This document shows, piece by piece, positions 57,469 through 64,000 of a stretch of DNA of 64,000 bases. Source of the DNA: an uncultured Ignavibacteriales bacterium. GTDB taxonomy: Bacteria > Zixibacteria > MSB-5A5 > GN15 > FEB-12. The translations under genes and the position numbers were made by a program. Numbering within the stretch: the first letter of the stretch is position 1; every line of letters begins with the position of its first letter. The stretch is from positions 62,001 through 126,000 of the forward strand of contig CAYXJN010000006.1 of the NCBI GenBank assembly GCA_964464605.1. The letters are read 5' to 3'. Below the pieces are notes generated by a model that was not told where the DNA came from, made no database searches, and saw only the letters and a program-made list of their open reading frames with translations.

Positions 57469-58514
57469 GTATCGAACGTGACGGCTATCACATCATAACC
57501 GGCGCGATTCATATGCATACCACCGAATCGGACGGCTCCTTACCGCTTGAAGAAGTCGTCACCATCGGCCAGGAAGCTGGACTCGACTTTCTGGTATTCA
57601 CCGACCATATGACTATCAGCAATCGGGAAAACGGAAAAGAGAAAATGTACGGCAAGCTGCTTGTTGTTGTCGGGTATGAACACAACGATCAACTCGACCA
57701 CCATCATTATCTGCTTTTGGATTCACCAAAAGTCTACGATGCCCGATTAAGCGCCAAAGAATATGTCGCGGCCGGAGCGAAGGATAACGCAATAGGGATA
57801 TTGGCGCATCCCGATGAAATACGAAACAAACTGAAACAGTTTCCGCCGTATCCGTGGGATGACTGGACAGTCGAAGGATTTACCGGCATTGAATTATGGA
57901 ATCAGATGTCGGAATGGATGGAGAAGCTGACTTGGTGGAACAAGCTGCCGATGGCGCTCTGGCCAAAGCGAACTTGGATCGGACCGACCGATCGCATTCT
58001 AAAAAAATGGGATGAATTAAGCCAAGCGCGAAAAGTATTGGGGATGTTCGGTGTTGATGCCCACAGTTTTCCGCGCAATTTAGGGCCGATTAAATTCCGG
58101 CTGTTTTCGTATAAGCTGCATTTTCAGTCGTTGCGAAATCATATCATTCTGGACTCGCCGTTAGCGAAAGGCTATGCGACGGCTAAAAAGCAATTTCTCG
58201 ATGCGCTCCGTGACTGCCGGGTTTTTTGTTCGAATCATTTGCTGGGGGATGCTTCCTCTTTTGCGTTTTCTGCCATATCGGGCGCAGATAAAGTGACCTG
58301 TGGCGGCAGTATCGCCGATTCGAAACAAGTCCGTCTGCAAATTGCTCTGCCGAAAGCGGCAGACCTGCGCATTCTACATAATGGGGCTGTGATCTACCGC
58401 AATTCCGTTACCTCAATTGAGCTGCCGGTAAAAGAGCCGGGGTTGTACCGGGTCGAGGCATGGCAGGGGGAACGAATGTGGATTTTATCTAACCATATTC
58501 GTATCGGCGTGTAA
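57465..58514 (+). CDS. PHP-fold metallohydrolase (CehA/McbA-like)
   Basis: HMHTTESDG, TDH, AHP, GIELWN, DAH, YRVEA..WILSNHI. Confidence 0.75.
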   Translation: MSIERDGYHIITGAIHMHTTESDGSLPLEEVVTIGQEAGLDFLVFTDHMTISNRENGKEKMYGKLLVVVGYEHNDQLDHHHYLLLDSPKVYDARLSAKEYVAAGAKDNAIGILAHPDEIRNKLKQFPPYPWDDWTVEGFTGIELWNQMSEWMEKLTWWNKLPMALWPKRTWIGPTDRILKKWDELSQARKVLGMFGVDAHSFPRNLGPIKFRLFSYKLHFQSLRNHIILDSPLAKGYATAKKQFLDALRDCRVFCSNHLLGDASSFAFSAISGADKVTCGGSIADSKQVRLQIALPKAADLRILHNGAVIYRNSVTSIELPVKEPGLYRVEAWQGERMWILSNHIRIGV

Positions 58515-58524
58515 ATTAGGGCTC

Positions 58525-58917
58525 ATGCCGGTTGAGTTAGTTAGTTACATCACGATTGAGCCGTCGAAAATCACGCAGTGTAAGTTCGTTATCCTTTCCC
58601 ATTCCACGGGAACGCAATTCGTTCTCTTCGGACCCTATGAACAGTTTCCCTTTCATGCCCATTTGGTCGCCCAGTTCTGTCGTGATCGCGCAATACCGAC
58701 CGAATCGAAAGAAGGGGGAGAAGTGTTCGATATTATCGATCCATCATATACGATTTCCGGCGGAGGCTGGATGGAAGTTAATCCAATGACCAAACAGATT
58801 CGCTGTTACGGCGCATCGAAAGCGTATGGAAAGTATGCTGAAGCGGTCATTGAAAGTGTACGCCTGATGAACACGCTTTGGTCGCATTACCGGCTTCAAA
58901 TTGTACCTGACCGGTAA
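58525..58917 (+). CDS. Janus/Ocnus (PHPT1)-like protein, putative phosphohistidine phosphatase
   Basis: Ordered motifs KFVIL, FH.AHL (FHAHL), GGGW, KQIRCYGASKAYG follow human PHPT1 KYVLI, YHADI, GGGR, KKIHVYGYSMAYG (recalled); similar length. Confidence 0.62.
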   Translation: MPVELVSYITIEPSKITQCKFVILSHSTGTQFVLFGPYEQFPFHAHLVAQFCRDRAIPTESKEGGEVFDIIDPSYTISGGGWMEVNPMTKQIRCYGASKAYGKYAEAVIESVRLMNTLWSHYRLQIVPDR

Positions 58918-58984
58918 AAATACTATACCTTCCCGTAAAGATTTGTCCCGCAATGAATTATCAGACGCATTTGCCAATAATTTC

Positions 58985-59013
58985 TTGACATCATCTCGTA
59001 TAACAAATACCCT
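58985..59013 (+). promoter_or_regulatory. Possible sigma70 promoter of the nuo operon
   Basis: TTGACA, 17 nt spacer, TACCCT (weak -10). Confidence 0.35.
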
Positions 59014-59059
59014 GTTTACGCCTACATGATGAGAGGTATTCAAAACAGAGTAATACGAT

Positions 59060-59416
59060 ATGTTTGATACGTTTATACCGATTTTCCTTCTGTTCGCCGT
59101 CGCCTGTATTTTGGCGGGCGTGTTGGTGGGTGTTTCCGTTTTGCTGGGACGCCGTACTAGGATGCCGCACAAAGGGGAGCCGTACGAATGCGGTATTCCG
59201 CCGACCGGAACGACCAAAGACCCGGTGCCGGTGAAATTCTACATGGTTGCGATCCTGTTTATCATCTTCGATATCGAAGTCATCTTCTTTTATCCATGGG
59301 CGGTGGTTGCCAGAGATCTGGCCGGCCCCGGATTTTGGGCGATGCTGATTTTCGTCACCGTCCTGTTTGTCGGCTTTTTCTATGAACTTGGCCGAGGAGC
59401 GCTGAAGTGGGATTAG
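59060..59416 (+). CDS. nuoA: NADH-quinone oxidoreductase subunit A
   Basis: [26 protein letters not shown]. Confidence 0.96.
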   Translation: MFDTFIPIFLLFAVACILAGVLVGVSVLLGRRTRMPHKGEPYECGIPPTGTTKDPVPVKFYMVAILFIIFDIEVIFFYPWAVVARDLAGPGFWAMLIFVTVLFVGFFYELGRGALKWD

Positions 59417-59916
59417 AAGAACATATACCCGATTCGATAATGCTGACCTCGCTGGATAAGATGGTCAACTGGGCGCGTACGCGTTCCATGTGGCCGCTCG
59501 GATTCGGTTTGGCTTGCTGTGCGATTGAGATGATCTCAACCTTCGCATCGCACTTCGATCTTTCCCGTTACGGGATGGAGGTTATGCGCCCGTCCCCCCG
59601 TCAGGCGGACTTGATGATTATTGCCGGTCGTGTCTCTATGAAGATGGCGCCGGTGGTGAAGACATTATATGAACAGATGCCGAACCCGAAATGGGTTGTT
59701 TCCATGGGGGCCTGTGCTTCCTGCGGCGGGGTGTTTAACAACTACGCAATTTTACAGGGTGTCGACCGGATTATCCCGGTGGATATTTATGTTCCCGGTT
59801 GTCCGCCCCGGCCTGAGCAGTTGATGGACGGCATTTTGAAACTCCATGAAAAAATTAAGGCGACAGATTCGCTGAAGAAACCCCATGCGGAATGGGGTCC
59901 GAAACTCAACGCGTAA
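59407..59916 (+). CDS. nuoB: NADH-quinone oxidoreductase subunit B
   Basis: [31 protein letters not shown]. Confidence 0.97.
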   Translation: MGLEEHIPDSIMLTSLDKMVNWARTRSMWPLGFGLACCAIEMISTFASHFDLSRYGMEVMRPSPRQADLMIIAGRVSMKMAPVVKTLYEQMPNPKWVVSMGACASCGGVFNNYAILQGVDRIIPVDIYVPGCPPRPEQLMDGILKLHEKIKATDSLKKPHAEWGPKLNA

Positions 59917-59977
59917 TGACGGACGAGATAAACGCAAGGTTGCTGACGTTTTTGTGAAAATTTGAACAAACGGATTT

Positions 59978-60493
59978 ATGCGCGAAAAGATTCGACAATT
60001 CATCACTGCAAAGTTTCCCGATGCGATAGTCGGCGAGTCCGATTTTCGTAATCAGATTATCTTTCGCGTCAAACCGGAATATTTGTTCGATATCTGCCGT
60101 GCCTTCACTGAGGATGACACCCTCGGCGTTAATATGCTCGCCGATGTAACCTGCGTCGATTGGCTGGGACATCCGCAGGAGAGCGAAGGGCGTTTTGAAG
60201 TCGTTTATAATCTTTATGCCGTCTATAACAAGTTTCGCTTTTTCCTTTTGGTTCGTCTGCCCGAATCAAACCCGACTATTCCGAGCCTGACACCGATTTG
60301 GAACGGCGCGAACTGGCTTGAGCGGGAAGTGTGGGATCTGTTCGGCATCAATTTCGAAGGGCACCCGGAGCAAACCAAGATTCTTACGCCGGATGAACTC
60401 GAAGGACACCCGCTTCGCAAAGACTTTCCGCTTACGTGGGAGCAGCCAGTATTCTCCTGGAATAAAAACGATCCGCCGGAGGTCATTAAGTAA
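59978..60493 (+). CDS. nuoC: NADH-quinone oxidoreductase subunit C
   Basis: RFEVVYNL, WLEREVWDLFGI.F.GHP, GHPLRKDFP. Confidence 0.96.
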   Translation: MREKIRQFITAKFPDAIVGESDFRNQIIFRVKPEYLFDICRAFTEDDTLGVNMLADVTCVDWLGHPQESEGRFEVVYNLYAVYNKFRFFLLVRLPESNPTIPSLTPIWNGANWLEREVWDLFGINFEGHPEQTKILTPDELEGHPLRKDFPLTWEQPVFSWNKNDPPEVIK

Positions 60494-61665
60494 TGGCCGA
60501 AGCAAAAACGCTTACCCTGAACATGGGGCCGCAGCACCCGTCAACGCACGGCGTGTTGCGCGTGGTGCTTGAACTGGATGGTGAACGGGTAGTATCAGCC
60601 AAGCCGGTAATCGGGTATCTGCATACCGGTATCGAAAAGACCATGGAATCGAAACTGTATTACAAAGCGATTCCCTGTACCGACCGTATGGATTACCTCG
60701 CGCCGATGAACAACAACCTCGGCTTCAGTTTGGCAGTCGAGAAGTTGATGGATATCGACGTTCCGGAAAAAGTAAAATATGCCCGCTGCTGCCTTGCAGA
60801 ATTGACTCGCATCAATTCGCATTTGGTTTGGCTCGGTACGCACGCGCTCGATTTGGGTGCGATGTCGATGCTCTTGTACGCCTTCCGCGAACGGGAAATG
60901 ATTATCGACATTTATGAAGCATGCGGCGGTCAGCGCATGATGACCAGCTACATTCGTATTGGCGGTCTCGCGCAGGACTTACCGAAAGATTTCGATAAAA
61001 AAGTTCGCAATATCATCAAAGTGCTGACAGAGCGTTTGAAGACCTACGAAACGCTGTTGACCAATAATGAAATTTTCATCAACCGGACCAAAGGGGTAGC
61101 GGTGATTTCCGCCGAAGATGCTATTAACTGGTCATTAACCGGCCCGATGCTTCGTGGTTCAGGCGTGAAACATGACACGCGCAAAGATGAACCCTACAGC
61201 GGTTACGACAAATTCGATTTCGATATTCCCGTCGGGCAGAATGGTGACGCGTACGATCGATATAAACTTCGCTTGGAAGAGATTCGTCAGTCACTTCGCA
61301 TTTGCCAACAGGCAATCGATGGTATGCCGGAAGGCCCGTTTCGTGCTCATGTTCCCGGCGTCGTATTGCCGCCGAAAGAGGACGTTCTTTATAAAATGGA
61401 ATCGATGATTTTCCACTTTAAGATTATCACCGAAGGGTTCCCGGCGCCGGAAGGTTCAGTCTATCAGGCGCTTGAATCGCCGAAAGGGGAGATCGGGTTT
61501 TATATCGCCGGTGACGGTTCCAACCGCCCACGTCGCGTGCGGGTACGGCCGCCCTCATTTGTGAATTTGCAATCGCTTGACCGGTTGACACGCGGTGGAC
61601 TGTTGTCCGATGTTATCTGCGCAATCGGCTCTATTGATATTGTATTGGGAGAAGTTGACCGATGA
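60493..61665 (+). CDS. nuoD: NADH-quinone oxidoreductase subunit D
   Basis: GPQHPSTHGVLR, DRMDY, ESPKGE, DIVLGEVDR. Confidence 0.97.
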   Translation: MAEAKTLTLNMGPQHPSTHGVLRVVLELDGERVVSAKPVIGYLHTGIEKTMESKLYYKAIPCTDRMDYLAPMNNNLGFSLAVEKLMDIDVPEKVKYARCCLAELTRINSHLVWLGTHALDLGAMSMLLYAFREREMIIDIYEACGGQRMMTSYIRIGGLAQDLPKDFDKKVRNIIKVLTERLKTYETLLTNNEIFINRTKGVAVISAEDAINWSLTGPMLRGSGVKHDTRKDEPYSGYDKFDFDIPVGQNGDAYDRYKLRLEEIRQSLRICQQAIDGMPEGPFRAHVPGVVLPPKEDVLYKMESMIFHFKIITEGFPAPEGSVYQALESPKGEIGFYIAGDGSNRPRRVRVRPPSFVNLQSLDRLTRGGLLSDVICAIGSIDIVLGEVDR

Positions 61666-62141
61666 TGCTGTTGAACGAACAATCGGTTCAGGAAATTAAA
61701 GAAAAAGCTGCCCGCTATCCGAAGCGAAAATCCGCCATTTTACCGGCATTGACGGTTGCATACCGCCAGCTTGGCTATGTGAACGATGAAATCTACGCGG
61801 AGATTTCGAATGTTATCGATGTTCCGTATGTTGAAATCGCCGAAGCAGCCACGTTCTACACCATGTTCCCGAAACGGCCGGTCGGTAAATATCTGATTCA
61901 AATTTGTCACAATATCTCCTGTGCCTTAGTTGCTGCCGATTCGATGACTGAATACATCGAGCAGAAACTCGGCATCAAAAAAGGGGAGACTACGCCTGAC
62001 AATATGTTCACCTTGATTACGGTGGAATGTCTCGGCTCCTGCGCGACCGCCCCGATGATGCAGATTAACGATGATTTTCATGAAAATCTGACCCGCGCGA
62101 AAGTCGATCAGATTTTGGATGAGTTACGGAGAAAAGGATGA
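61662..62141 (+). CDS. nuoE: NADH-quinone oxidoreductase subunit E
   Basis: ATFYTMF, CHNISC, ECLGSC..AP. Confidence 0.95.
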   Translation: MMLLNEQSVQEIKEKAARYPKRKSAILPALTVAYRQLGYVNDEIYAEISNVIDVPYVEIAEAATFYTMFPKRPVGKYLIQICHNISCALVAADSMTEYIEQKLGIKKGETTPDNMFTLITVECLGSCATAPMMQINDDFHENLTRAKVDQILDELRRKG

Positions 62142-63478
62142 GTTTTTATTCTCCCGTCATAACGAACGCGAATGAAGTAACCGCAAGCAATAAGCTGCAT
62201 CTGTTCAAATATGTCGAAGATCCGAAGCAGCATGAAGTTGACACCTTTGTCGCCCATGGCGGGTACAAAGCCTGGCGCAAAGTGCTCACCGGCGGCATGA
62301 CGCCCGATGCGGTTATCGACGAAGTGAAAAAATCAGGTCTGCGCGGACGCGGCGGCGCCGGATTCCCGACCGGTATGAAATGGAGTTTTGTCCCGAAAGG
62401 TTCTCCCAAGGCACGCTACTTGTGCTGTAACGCCGATGAAAGCGAACCGGGAACCTGCAAAGACCGCGTACTGATGGAACGTGACCCGCATTCGATGATC
62501 GAAGGAATGGCGATAGCTTCGTACGCTATCGGCTCACATCTCATGTTCTGCTATATCCGTGGTGAGTTCGGCCATTCGATCAAACGGGTAGAAGCTGCCA
62601 TGCGGGAAGCATACGCCAAAGGACATCTTGGTAAAAATATCTACGGCTCCGGTTACGATCTGGACATGATCGTTCATACCGGCGGCGGTGCCTATATCTG
62701 CGGTGAAGAGACCGGGCTTATCAATTCTATTGAAGGTGAAAAAGGGATGGCGCGTATTCGTCCGCCGTTCCCGGCTATCGAAGGTCTGTACGCCAGCCCG
62801 ACAATCGTCAACAATGTTGAAAGTCTCGCTGCCGTCCCGTTCATTATCAACAACGGTGCCGACTGGTACAAATCGATGGGGACGGAAAAATCAGCCGGTA
62901 CAAAATTGTTTTCACTCTCCGGCCATGTGAACCGTCCCGGTAACTTTGAAGTCGAACTCGGCTTCTCGCTGAAAAAAATGATTTATGATCCGGGATACGG
63001 CAACGGCATCCTCGGCGGCAAAAAACTGAAAGGTGTTATTCCGGGTGGCGCATCCACGCCGTTTTTGACGCCTGACATGATCGATGTCAAACTCGATTAT
63101 GAATCTCTCGCCGCCGCCGGTTCGATGCTCGGCTCAGGCGCGATTATCGTGTTCCATGAAGAGACCTGTATCGTCTGGACTATTTATAAGCTGATTCATT
63201 TCTTCCGTCATGAATCATGTGGTAAATGCACTCCCTGCCGTGAAGGTACCGGTTGGCTGGAGCAGATTGTAAAACGTATCGAACATGGACAAGGGAAGCC
63301 GGGAGATATTGAAACGATGGAAGAGGTCTGCGCCAATATTCTCGGCCGCACGATTTGTCCACTTGGTGATGCCGCGGTAATGCCGATTCAGTCTGCTATC
63401 AAACATTGGCGGGATGAATGGCAGTACCATATTGACCACAAACAATGTAAAGTGCGTTCACACTATCATTTTAATTAA
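62138..63478 (+). CDS. nuoF: NADH-quinone oxidoreductase subunit F
   Basis: GLRGRGGAGFPTG.KW, NADESEPG, YICGEET, ESCGKCTPCREG, ICPLGD. Confidence 0.97.
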   Translation: MSFYSPVITNANEVTASNKLHLFKYVEDPKQHEVDTFVAHGGYKAWRKVLTGGMTPDAVIDEVKKSGLRGRGGAGFPTGMKWSFVPKGSPKARYLCCNADESEPGTCKDRVLMERDPHSMIEGMAIASYAIGSHLMFCYIRGEFGHSIKRVEAAMREAYAKGHLGKNIYGSGYDLDMIVHTGGGAYICGEETGLINSIEGEKGMARIRPPFPAIEGLYASPTIVNNVESLAAVPFIINNGADWYKSMGTEKSAGTKLFSLSGHVNRPGNFEVELGFSLKKMIYDPGYGNGILGGKKLKGVIPGGASTPFLTPDMIDVKLDYESLAAAGSMLGSGAIIVFHEETCIVWTIYKLIHFFRHESCGKCTPCREGTGWLEQIVKRIEHGQGKPGDIETMEEVCANILGRTICPLGDAAVMPIQSAIKHWRDEWQYHIDHKQCKVRSHYHFN

Positions 63479-63481
63479 ACT

Positions 63482-64000
63482 ATGGCACAGGAAACGAAAA
63501 TAGATTTCCCGATTCCGCCGCAAACGACGGAAATGATTACGTTCACGCTGGATGGCCGTCAGTTGACCGTTCCGAAAGGAACGACTGTTTTACAGGCGGC
63601 AATCGCGAGCGGTATCACCGTCCCCTTTTTCTGCTGGCATCCGAAGTTGAAACCGGTCGGTGCCTGCCGTATGTGCTATGTCGAAATCGAGAAGATGAAC
63701 AAACTGCAGGTTTCTTGCGCGACCGAAGTGTCTAATGGGATGGTCGTGCATTCCTCATCCGATATGGTCAAGCAGGGTCGCAAAGCGGTTATCGAGTTTA
63801 CACTCATCAACCACCCCCTTGACTGCCCGACCTGCGACAAAGGCGGCGAATGTGATTTACAGAATCTGACCTTCGCGCACGGATTCGATGACAGCCGGTT
63901 CGCCTTTTCCAAAATGCGGAAAAATCTCGGTGCTGAACGTTCGACCTTCGATGACAAACGTATCGGTCCGGAAATCGTGCTCAACCGGAATCGTTGTATT
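63482..64000 (+). CDS. nuoG: NADH-quinone oxidoreductase subunit G, N-terminal part (runs off the window)
   Basis: Manual translation from ATG 63482: FCWHPKL..VGACRMC, QVSCAT, NHPLDCPTCDKGGECDLQ, NRCI. Confidence 0.93.
   Translation, partial: MAQETKIDFPIPPQTTEMITFTLDGRQLTVPKGTTVLQAAIASGITVPFFCWHPKLKPVGACRMCYVEIEKMNKLQVSCATEVSNGMVVHSSSDMVKQGRKAVIEFTLINHPLDCPTCDKGGECDLQNLTFAHGFDDSRFAFSKMRKNLGAERSTFDDKRIGPEIVLNRNRCI

Noticed and set aside
63676..63984. 102-aa minus-strand ORF
   Set aside because: Antisense to nuoG.
1..64000. CRISPR arrays, tRNA/rRNA genes, transposases, integrases, prophage or defence genes
   Set aside because: None was seen by eye; intergenic spaces are short and lack regular repeats or cloverleaf signatures. 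tRNAscan-SE and Infernal were not run.

Overview
Bacterial chromosomal window of roughly 50% GC. The gene content (signal-peptide-rich proteins, an outer-membrane barrel, a YPNP-type C-terminal domain) suggests a diderm of the FCB group, possibly Zixibacteria-like; this is inference only. I found no rRNA, tRNA, CRISPR array or mobile element. Housekeeping content: ppdK, gltX, a TrxB-type FNR, nadA, an orphan 2-oxoacid dehydrogenase E2 with lipB and fabL, a MacAB-like ABC exporter, a complete Rrf2-sufCBD-Rieske-sufSU-sufT operon, two M1 peptidases, a manC to ftcD operon, and the start of the nuo operon (nuoA-G). The main candidate for an undescribed system is 4107-18750: three tandem, colinear, diverged copies of a four-gene membrane cassette (DUF6754-like subunit A, polytopic B, periplasmic-domain C, polytopic D). 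They are transcribed divergently from an orphan GlmL/MutL-like ASKHA ATPase, a membrane-anchored exported protein and a barrel-sandwich-hybrid protein. The architecture suggests an uncharacterised ATP-driven membrane machine or transporter family. Second highlight: 58525-58917 resembles the eukaryotic 14-kDa phosphohistidine phosphatase PHPT1 (Janus/Ocnus family). All family assignments come from motif recognition by eye, not database searches.
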